This document shows positions 16,830-24,589 of a stretch of 32,000 nt of DNA, in pieces. How positions within the stretch are numbered: the stretch's first letter is position 1; the number at the start of each line of letters is the position of its first letter. Where the stretch lies: NCBI GenBank assembly GCA_035387745.1, contig DAOOON010000002.1:5109-37108 (forward strand), given 5' to 3'. The notes under the pieces are model-generated. The model worked only from the letters and a program-made list of their open reading frames with translations. It was not told where the DNA came from and ran no database searches. The stretch comes from an archaeon (GTDB lineage: Archaea; Iainarchaeota; Iainarchaeia; Iainarchaeales; CSSED10-239). The position numbers and the translations under genes are program-made.

Positions 16830-18851
16830 ATGGACTATATTGATTGGATAATTTCTAGTGTTTTATTTATTACAGTTATTGCATTTGTACTTATTAGTTT
16901 ATTTAATATTTTACCTAAATCAAACAACACAAATACAATCAGTGATTTACTATATAAATCTACAATCTCTCTGATTATTCCGGTTTATAATGTTTCTATG
17001 ATTTCTGAAGATTCAGAAGTGTACCCTTATGTTATTTCAGACTGTAATTATGGTAGAGCAGAAAACACATTTGAAATCGATACAAACAATAATTTGTTAT
17101 TTGGATTGATTTATGATAAAGATAAATTCTATAATTATGAAACAGACATTAATGCTTTATCTGGTCTTGGAGTACGATTATTATTAGAAAACTTTAATGA
17201 TTATAATTATCAAGACACTTTTGATTTAAATTCAGGAACCGCAAATATAAGTTCTGGAATTTTAGAGCTAGAGGCCGGTTCAACAATAGACACAACAATA
17301 GAATTTTCTAAATATCTTGGTTCATTTGTAACAAATGCAGAAGATATAAACGTATATATTAATTTTGATACTACAAGCGACAGATTTTATTGTAGTTTTA
17401 ATGAAACAGGCGTCCAGCTTTTTAAAATTGGAGAATCAGAAGCAATTGAAGAAAATAATACTACTCTAAAAACGACAAACTGGAGAAAATTAAATTTTGG
17501 ATATTACAGGGACTTTGAGGGATTTTCCTGGTTTTTTTGTGGAATTGGCGAAAACATTAATATCCTAGAAACCTCTAGCCAAACACATCCCGAAGAAACC
17601 ACAATAAGAATTGAAGCAATAGATGATCAAACTTATATAGATGATTTTAGGGTCTATAAAAGTTTAATTAATATAACAGAACATGATGGCACTACAGTTA
17701 AAACAGATTCATTAAGAACAACAGTAACTAGCGCAGATATGAGAGTAGAATTCTATGAACTGTCCGAAATGGATGCTAATGAAGTATTGGGGTGTGCTCT
17801 GTCTTTTTCCACTTCAAGTGGAAATTTAAATAATTATAATGAGGGGCCAATTAAAATTTTCTCAAATGATTCAAATCAAAACAAATTAGTTTTCTTTCCT
17901 ATAGCAAAAGAATTTTGGATATATAAGTATACTGGAGAAGATCCAATTACTATTACTTATATAGTTGATGAAATTAAACCGTATAATTTTGGTTCTGCAA
18001 CAGAAAACGGGCAATTTGTAGATTTAAATAAAATACCAGGAAGCTATGCTGTGCCTGTTTCCTTTGTTCCTGAAAATTCTTTTACAACAGAAAATTTTGG
18101 TTCTTTTGATGTGAACTTTAATAAAGTTTTTTCTGAGATTACGCCAACAGGCGGTGGTTCTGAAACGCCAATTATACAATATTGTAAAGTTGAGGGATGT
18201 AGCGATATTACCAGTGATTCTAATTTTATATTTGATACTGATACAAACACGGCAGAAGTGATTTTTAAATTTCCGGAAGAAACTGTTGCTAATCAACCAT
18301 TTAATATTGTTATTATTTTTAACTATTTTAATTTAGAAAATTTAGAAAATGCTACCGGAGAGGCAACGGTGCTTGATGGCACACAGCTTACTGCAAGGGT
18401 CTCAGCAGAAGAAATTATAATTGATACAAATCAATTTTATTTATATAATATTTTTAATCCTATTTATCCAAACATTAAACAAACAATAATATTTGATGTC
18501 TTTGATAATACAGGATTACATGCACAGGATTGTAACTTCTTTATAAATTGGGGTTCTCAAAATATAGTTGTAACTTGCGATGAAAATTATTTACTTAAAG
18601 TTAGATATAGATTTACTGATTTAAATAATACCATTTTAGATTATCCAAATCTATCAATCACAAAGACTAACGAAAGAATTGTGACACAAGAACATTTTGA
18701 GAATTTATCTTGTGATTCTTATTTTGTAAATATTAAAAATAAAACATTAGATGTTAACTGTGGTATTGGAGTTAATCCTAATTATAAAATGATTATAAAA
18801 TATCTTCATAATACGGGATTATTAGAAAATGCAGACATATATATAAAATAA
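16830..18851 (+). CDS. Large N-terminally anchored surface protein with LamG/ConA-like segment (inferred)
   Basis: 673 aa. Its ATG abuts the previous TAA. N-terminal hydrophobic helix. NWRKLNFGYY...IRIEAIDDQTYIDDFRVYK resembles the C-terminal strands of LamG-like jelly-roll domains. Confidence 0.55.
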   Translation: MDYIDWIISSVLFITVIAFVLISLFNILPKSNNTNTISDLLYKSTISLIIPVYNVSMISEDSEVYPYVISDCNYGRAENTFEIDTNNNLLFGLIYDKDKFYNYETDINALSGLGVRLLLENFNDYNYQDTFDLNSGTANISSGILELEAGSTIDTTIEFSKYLGSFVTNAEDINVYINFDTTSDRFYCSFNETGVQLFKIGESEAIEENNTTLKTTNWRKLNFGYYRDFEGFSWFFCGIGENINILETSSQTHPEETTIRIEAIDDQTYIDDFRVYKSLINITEHDGTTVKTDSLRTTVTSADMRVEFYELSEMDANEVLGCALSFSTSSGNLNNYNEGPIKIFSNDSNQNKLVFFPIAKEFWIYKYTGEDPITITYIVDEIKPYNFGSATENGQFVDLNKIPGSYAVPVSFVPENSFTTENFGSFDVNFNKVFSEITPTGGGSETPIIQYCKVEGCSDITSDSNFIFDTDTNTAEVIFKFPEETVANQPFNIVIIFNYFNLENLENATGEATVLDGTQLTARVSAEEIIIDTNQFYLYNIFNPIYPNIKQTIIFDVFDNTGLHAQDCNFFINWGSQNIVVTCDENYLLKVRYRFTDLNNTILDYPNLSITKTNERIVTQEHFENLSCDSYFVNIKNKTLDVNCGIGVNPNYKMIIKYLHNTGLLENADIYIK

Positions 18852-18867
18852 AAAGAACAATTTCTAA

Positions 18868-19032
18868 TTAGATTATTGCTCTAAGAATGAGGATAACGAT
18901 AGCAATACCTAAAGATAAACCTATTACTGCTTCTGGGGATAATTGCGGACCTGCTACAGACTCCTTAAATTTCATAATTCCTATAGCTGAACTGGGACCT
19001 TGATTATTATTTTTAGAATAATTCATCTTCAT
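18868..19032 (-). CDS. secG: Preprotein translocase subunit Sec61beta (archaeal SecG)
   Basis: Hand-translated 54-aa ORF absent from the track: MKMNYSKNNNQGPSSAIGIMKFKESVAGPQLSPEAVIGLSLGIAIVILILRAII. It matches the Sec61beta pattern SAG(L/I)x(R/K)(Y/F)xE...P.(L/V)sPe.Vi plus a C-terminal TM. Confidence 0.65.
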   Translation of the reverse strand: MKMNYSKNNNQGPSSAIGIMKFKESVAGPQLSPEAVIGLSLGIAIVILILRAII

Positions 19033-19116
19033 AAATTTATCACAATTTAAATAGAACTATATATATTTAAAGAAACCAAAACCTTTTATATTAATCTATT
19101 TTATATTTTATTAGGG

Positions 19117-20055
19117 TTGAAGGGTATGGTAGAGCAGAAACAATCAGAATATAAGTGGCTGGTAAGAATAATATTTCTTTTAATAATTATAGTTGCGGCA
19201 TTATTTGTATTTATTTGGACAGGAACTATAAGGTGCAGATCTATACCTGGCGGCTGCAACGTGTACTGGAGCGTTATGACTATAGTTACAGGAAAACAAC
19301 AACCGAGCGTTCTAATTTTATATGACCCTACAGATCAGAAAGGTCTGGGTAATCCCGAACTATTAAAAGATTTGCTGACTGATCGAAAAGGGGTGGCAAT
19401 ACACCCTTCCCTTGCGGATATTCGATACCTTAATTCTGAACAATTAAAGAACGTAAGTCTTGTAGTTGTAGAAAAGGCAAGAAAAATTTCTACGCTTCAA
19501 TTAATGACTATGCGAAACTATATCGCACAAGGCGGAAGAATTGTTTGGATTGGAGATGCAGGAATAGAACACAATGAAGATAAAGGAGATTTGCTATATG
19601 TTGGCCCAGAAAACGAAAAAAAAAATGGATGGGTCAGATTAACAGATGCAAATATGATTATATTTTTTAACAGAACTCTAGGGGTTAATTATGTTGCAAA
19701 TTTTTGCGATATAAGAGATTGCGATGTTGGGGATAAATTTACTGGAAAGTTAATGCCAAGTTCAGACACTCATCCGTTAGTTTATGGTTTAAAACCAAAT
19801 CTCCCAATCTCTGATAATTATTCTATAGTGACCTTGATAGAACCTAATCCCGTTCCTTTAAAAATAGATTTTGGAGCAAATCTGCGAGATACAAATAATA
19901 ACGGTTACGGAGACATATTTGATGCCATAGTGACCAGCAATTCAAATAGAGTGGCTTACTATGCTATCCCCCCTGAATATCTTGCAGAAGACAAAGATGG
20001 AGAAAACAAATATTTTTCTATTATTTATAATATGTTTGAGGGAATGGTAAATTGA
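19117..20055 (+). CDS. N-terminally anchored hypothetical protein, compositionally distinct
   Basis: 312 aa. The start is uncertain (TTG at 19117 or ATG at 19126). One TM, Cys pairs (RCRSIPGGC, FCDIRDC), and alternating strand/helix blocks VLILYDP / SLVVVEKA / GGRIVWIGDAG. Confidence 0.55.
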   Translation: MKGMVEQKQSEYKWLVRIIFLLIIIVAALFVFIWTGTIRCRSIPGGCNVYWSVMTIVTGKQQPSVLILYDPTDQKGLGNPELLKDLLTDRKGVAIHPSLADIRYLNSEQLKNVSLVVVEKARKISTLQLMTMRNYIAQGGRIVWIGDAGIEHNEDKGDLLYVGPENEKKNGWVRLTDANMIIFFNRTLGVNYVANFCDIRDCDVGDKFTGKLMPSSDTHPLVYGLKPNLPISDNYSIVTLIEPNPVPLKIDFGANLRDTNNNGYGDIFDAIVTSNSNRVAYYAIPPEYLAEDKDGENKYFSIIYNMFEGMVN

Positions 20056-20056
20056 C

Positions 20057-20410
20057 ATGACAAAATCTTTTGAAGTCGCAATTTCTATCATTTTGCTTTT
20101 ATTTTTTGTTTTTTTTTTATTTGAAACTATAAATCAGAAATATTCTCAAAATCCTATACCAGAAGAAGTTAAAACCATAATTTTATTAGAAGCTAGAGAT
20201 TCGGGATTTAGGGAACTTATCTCTAACTCTGAAGTTGATAATGTCTATTCTTTACTTTATCCGCAAATGGATTATAGATTTAATGTAAGCATTTGTGATT
20301 GGTTAGATGATAATTGTGAAAATAGAGAATTAGAGAATTTCGCAAAAAAAAGAGAATTTGTGTATTTCTTTTCTGATACTAATAAAACCCTTCATATTGA
20401 ATTAGATTAA
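20057..20410 (+). CDS. Small pilin-like protein (class III signal-like N-terminus)
   Basis: 117 aa. MTKS|FEVAISIILLLFFVFFLF: a short charged head, a small residue, then a hydrophobic helix of about 20 aa. It starts 1 nt after the preceding stop. Confidence 0.45.
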   Translation: MTKSFEVAISIILLLFFVFFLFETINQKYSQNPIPEEVKTIILLEARDSGFRELISNSEVDNVYSLLYPQMDYRFNVSICDWLDDNCENRELENFAKKREFVYFFSDTNKTLHIELD

Positions 20411-20422
20411 AGGAGCAATAAT

Positions 20423-20902
20423 TTGAAAAAAGGATTTACATACATTGTAACTACAATGTTACTTATAATACTTATAAGTGGGGTTGTTATTGTATCTAAT
20501 TATAACGCCCCAGGGAATAAAATAAACCCTGTAGCAATACTTGCAAAAAACTATGAAAACGAGTTCTTAAATATTTTAAACTCTGGTTCATCTGTTGAAG
20601 ACATTAATCAATTTAATTATAGATTTAAGAAATTTATAAACAGCAATAATTATGATTCTAAATTGTGTAATTTAATTACTACAGAGAATGGGATTATTGC
20701 AAGCAATTTTATGGACCAAAATTGTGATTTAATGATAAATGGAGTATCTAATCAAACAATTACAGAGAATAACACAATTATAACAGATATATTTATAAAT
20801 GATACGAATATATATTTATGTAACTGTTATTATAAGGCAGGAGAGAATATCTATTATATAGATATTTATAATGAGAACTCAAAAACTACATTTAAAAATT
20901 AG
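20423..20902 (+). CDS. Small pilin-like protein (class III signal-like N-terminus)
   Basis: 159 aa. TTG start 7 nt after AGGAG. MKKG|FTYIVTTMLLIILISGVVIV resembles the K-G cleavage context of type IV pilin/archaellin precursors. Confidence 0.5.
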   Translation: MKKGFTYIVTTMLLIILISGVVIVSNYNAPGNKINPVAILAKNYENEFLNILNSGSSVEDINQFNYRFKKFINSNNYDSKLCNLITTENGIIASNFMDQNCDLMINGVSNQTITENNTIITDIFINDTNIYLCNCYYKAGENIYYIDIYNENSKTTFKN

Positions 20903-20912
20903 AGGGGATATT

Positions 20913-21263
20913 ATGAAGAATGTAACTGAACTATTAAATCAGATAGAAGAAAGAACTAACATAATTGTTGCAAAATTAGAAATTTTAAGATTTGCAGAAG
21001 AAGATGTTCAGACAATTAAAAAATCATTAGAAGTAATTAAAAAGAAACTTGAATCTGGAGAAATAAGTAAATTTTCGTATGCCACAATGCTAGAAATAAA
21101 CAAAAAAAGAGCAATGGAAAATACCAATTCCAAAAAGAAAACGTGGGATGAAGTTGCAGAATCCATAAATGAAATAAGCGATTTACTAAATGACTTAAAA
21201 GATACATTCAATGCTAAAACAGAATTTGAGGGAATAGATGAAATTAAAACATCAAAGTCTTAA
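20913..21263 (+). CDS. Hypothetical small coiled-coil protein
   Basis: 116 aa from ATG 20913, preceded by GAGGGG; the ORF track starts at 20871. Helical and Lys/Glu-rich. It lies directly upstream of the ATPase. Confidence 0.5.
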   Translation: MKNVTELLNQIEERTNIIVAKLEILRFAEEDVQTIKKSLEVIKKKLESGEISKFSYATMLEINKKRAMENTNSKKKTWDEVAESINEISDLLNDLKDTFNAKTEFEGIDEIKTSKS

Positions 21264-21296
21264 ATTATTATTTAAAATCGAATATAAAGATGAGCC

Positions 21297-23279
21297 ATGA
21301 AAATACCAAATCAAAAGGATGCATCAAAACTTTATGACCTAATTCTTAATCTTAAAAATATCGAAAATCAAAGAACTGCAAAAGAACAAGAAATATTAAC
21401 TAAATTCTATAATCAAGAACTAGATTCTAAAAAACTAGTTTCTGAATTAAAGAAAGAAAAATTATTTTCTAATTCTAAAAAATTAGATTTGAATTTTATT
21501 AACACATTTATTGAATATAGCAAACAACTAGAATTTCTTTCCGAAAACATAGATGTAACTACTATAAAAGAATATAAATTAACTAAAAGACCAGCACCTT
21601 TTATTTTAGGATTAAAAAAAATATTTTCTTCAAAAACTACCAAAATTAGCGAAAAAAAGAAATCTGCAAAACCAAAATTAGTGGAAGTTAACCCAAAAGA
21701 GAAAAAACAACAACAAAATATATTCCAAAGCCTTTTTAAAAATCTTAAGACAGATAAAGAAACCATAAAAATTAAAGAAAATGCTAATCCGTTGCCTTCT
21801 TTTGAAGAACCAAAAGAATTGTTACCAGAGAACTATCAAATATTAATTGAGGGCTATGCCTATGCATTTGTTGAAGAAAAAGAAGGTTCCAGAAGATATG
21901 TTGTTGCAGAACCTGAATTAACCTCAGCTGAAGAAAAAATACTTAAAGAGACAAAACAAGAATTAATAAATAAAATATCACTTATTGAAATAAAAGACGA
22001 ATCTGAATTAATAAAAAGAATAGAAAAAATATTTAATAAAACAAAGATTACTCCTCAACAAAAATCAAAAATAATGTATTATGTAGGCAGACAGATTAAA
22101 GGGCTAGATCTTATAGAACCATTAATGCACGACCCGTTAATTGAAGATATAGAATGCGATGGAACAGGCATTCCAATATTTATTGTTCATAGAAAATATG
22201 GCCATCTTGAAACTAATATTGCATACAAAGATGAAAAAGAACTACAACAGTTTGTAATTAAGATGGCGCACTTAAGTAAAAGCTATGTTTCATATGCTAG
22301 CCCTTTACTTGATTCTATACTTCCCGACGGTTCTCGTGTTAACGCTACACTTACAACTAACGTTTCAACTAGAGGCCCAACATTTACTATAAGAAAATTC
22401 CCACACACCCCTTTAACCGCAATTGATTTAATTACTAGCGGCACATTAAACCCTATGATTGTCGCGTATATTTGGACAATAATGGAATTTCAAAAAACTG
22501 CATTAATAATTGGGCCAACAGCTGGCGGGAAAACTACATTATTAAATGTTATTACTTCTTTTATTCCTCCAGGAAGAAGAGTTGTTTCAATTGAAGATAC
22601 TAGAGAAATAAATTTACTTTTAGATAACTGGGTACCACAAATAACTAGACCCGGGTTTGGCCCCCCTGATGGAACTGGCAAAAAATACGGGGAAGTTACG
22701 ATGCTTGATCTTATTAAAGAATCATTTAGACAAAGACCAGATTATTTAATTGTAGGGGAAGTCAGAGGAGAAGAAATGTCAATCATGTTTCAGGGCATGG
22801 CATCTGGTCACTGTTGTTTGTCTACTGTTCACGCAAGAAGCCTGCCTGACCTCGTAAACCGACTTATAACCCCACCAATATCTCTTGAACCAGCACTATT
22901 AACTTCTCTTGACCTTGTTATTGTTACTGGATTTGAAGGTGGCAGCGACATAAAAAGAACAATAAAAGAACTAGATGAAATTAAAGGATTTAATTCTAAA
23001 GAAAATAAAATAGAATATACGGCAATATATAATGTTTATGAACGCTCTCAAGAAAAAGACGGGGATTTATTCACACACGAACTGCCAATTACCTATAAGA
23101 GCGAAATTTTACAATCTATTGCTAGAGAATATAATATTAATATAAACCATTTATTAGAAATGATAAACAAAAGAATCAAATTTGTAGAAGAATTAACCAA
23201 AAATCCCCCAAAAGACTATGTTGAATTTAAAATTGCAATAAATAAATATAAATTGCAAGAAAAAGTAATTACTAATTAG
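21297..23279 (+). CDS. Type II/IV secretion-family ATPase (archaeal FlaI/ArlI/PilB-like) with long N-terminal extension
   Basis: 660 aa. DPLIEDIECDGTGIPIFIVHRKYG, LPDGSRVNATL, RGPTFTIRKF, Walker A GPTAGGKTTLLN, EDTREI, RQRPDYLIVGEVRGEE and GHCCLSTVHA. The first ~180 aa are Lys-rich and lie outside the conserved core. Confidence 0.9.
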   Translation: MKIPNQKDASKLYDLILNLKNIENQRTAKEQEILTKFYNQELDSKKLVSELKKEKLFSNSKKLDLNFINTFIEYSKQLEFLSENIDVTTIKEYKLTKRPAPFILGLKKIFSSKTTKISEKKKSAKPKLVEVNPKEKKQQQNIFQSLFKNLKTDKETIKIKENANPLPSFEEPKELLPENYQILIEGYAYAFVEEKEGSRRYVVAEPELTSAEEKILKETKQELINKISLIEIKDESELIKRIEKIFNKTKITPQQKSKIMYYVGRQIKGLDLIEPLMHDPLIEDIECDGTGIPIFIVHRKYGHLETNIAYKDEKELQQFVIKMAHLSKSYVSYASPLLDSILPDGSRVNATLTTNVSTRGPTFTIRKFPHTPLTAIDLITSGTLNPMIVAYIWTIMEFQKTALIIGPTAGGKTTLLNVITSFIPPGRRVVSIEDTREINLLLDNWVPQITRPGFGPPDGTGKKYGEVTMLDLIKESFRQRPDYLIVGEVRGEEMSIMFQGMASGHCCLSTVHARSLPDLVNRLITPPISLEPALLTSLDLVIVTGFEGGSDIKRTIKELDEIKGFNSKENKIEYTAIYNVYERSQEKDGDLFTHELPITYKSEILQSIAREYNININHLLEMINKRIKFVEELTKNPPKDYVEFKIAINKYKLQEKVITN

Positions 23280-23281
23280 AT

Positions 23282-24589
23282 TTATTTAAAAGGGTCTCTT
23301 CTATTAAACAAGTATTCTGGATCTATGTCCTTTGATTTTGTTTTTTGTTTTGGCTTATTTTTTATTTTGATTTTCTTTACTAAAGTTATACTCACTAGAA
23401 CCACAATTGTTGCAACAATAATATAAATAAAATATTTTGTTAAGTCCTGAGTTTCAATCTCATTAATCCCTGCATCCTTTATTTTTTTTACTTGATTTTT
23501 TGCCAGTTTTATCTTGCTTATACTCTCTTCATACCTGCCTTTATTATATAATTCTTTTATTTGAGCATAATTTTGACTTAATTCAGATACAGTTTTTGTG
23601 TCTTTCCATAAATTTATATTTTCTGAATTTAGTATTTGATTTATGGAATTATCTAGTGTGCCTTTTAAATCTGTATTAAAATTATATAGCAAAGATTTTG
23701 CAACATAATAATTTTGTCTAGTCTCTAGAGTTTGTTGTAAGATCTCTAAGGGACTATTGGGCCCTGCTTTTTCAAAATCAGCAATCACTAAAGAATAGAA
23801 CTGATTTGTTGATGCAAGGCTATCTGTTATCGTAGAAATGTCCCCGTTTAAGTTATTTGGAGCTTCAATATAGCTCAGGATTATCTTTTTTGTGGTTTCA
23901 TCTAATTTTTGATCTGCAACTATAACTTCAACAATCTCATTAGTTGAATCTCGGTAATTTATAGAAGATGAAACAATATCGTTATACCCCTTAAACGTAT
24001 TTTTATATAATAATATCAAACTATCTGCTTTTGTACAATCGGTAGTATCTAAAAACGTAGATTGTTCTTTTTGTAATTTACTAAGCTTTGTTTTCATGTC
24101 TTGTAATTGATTAATTAATAATTCTAATTTATCTTTTGTGTTCTGACATTTTGTAGTTATTGAAGAAGAATAATTTGATCTAATAATTCCGTCTAATTTT
24201 GCGGATTTTGATTGCAAGGTTATATTTAAATTATCTATTTTGTCAACTAATTGCTGAGACAAATAGTTGTTTCCACTTTTGGTTTTTATATTTCTATTAA
24301 GTAAGGCCGTTTTAATGATATTTTGGGTATTTGTATTTATTTCATAAATAACAGACCCATTATTTGATTCTATAGGCAAAAATAACACAATATTTGATTC
24401 TGCATCAACAATATTTAGTGTATAATACTCGTTATTATCGCAATCAATATAGTAAACACTGCCAGGATCTAAATATTCATTATTTGACAACATATATTCT
24501 TTAGCAATATCCTGTGCCGAATATAAGGAAATGGCTTGTGCCATCGGAATTATAAACAACAAAAACATGACAGCAATAATTTTTTTCAT
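23282..24589 (-). CDS. Secreted, C-terminally anchored helical protein
   Basis: 435 aa. Signal peptide MKKIIAVMFLLFIIPMAQA, a small N-terminal beta-rich domain, a long helical middle, a C-terminal TM and a Lys-rich tail. Its start overlaps the upstream stop (ATGA). Confidence 0.55.
   Translation of the reverse strand: MKKIIAVMFLLFIIPMAQAISLYSAQDIAKEYMLSNNEYLDPGSVYYIDCDNNEYYTLNIVDAESNIVLFLPIESNNGSVIYEINTNTQNIIKTALLNRNIKTKSGNNYLSQQLVDKIDNLNITLQSKSAKLDGIIRSNYSSSITTKCQNTKDKLELLINQLQDMKTKLSKLQKEQSTFLDTTDCTKADSLILLYKNTFKGYNDIVSSSINYRDSTNEIVEVIVADQKLDETTKKIILSYIEAPNNLNGDISTITDSLASTNQFYSLVIADFEKAGPNSPLEILQQTLETRQNYYVAKSLLYNFNTDLKGTLDNSINQILNSENINLWKDTKTVSELSQNYAQIKELYNKGRYEESISKIKLAKNQVKKIKDAGINEIETQDLTKYFIYIIVATIVVLVSITLVKKIKIKNKPKQKTKSKDIDPEYLFNRRDPFK

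Noticed and set aside
16830-16930. N-terminus of the 673-aa protein as a class III (pilin) signal
   Set aside because: MDYIDWIISSVLF.. has no basic residue plus Gly/Ala/Ser cleavage context before the hydrophobic helix, so I treat it as a plain signal anchor.
21413-21766. 117-aa minus-strand ORF
   Set aside because: It is antisense to the Lys-rich (AAA/AAG) extension of the ATPase gene and yields a Phe-rich shadow ORF. The same reasoning applies to the other antisense ORFs at 554-847, 2545-2733, 3270-3548, 4259-4462, 7131-7448, 7623-7874, 8314-8517, 11050-11313, 12476-12667, 13146-13337, 13982-14167, 14642-14848, 15608-16039, 18024-18296, 21008-21211, 22490-22681, 27593-27802, 28396-28671, 30125-30355 and 30904-31161.
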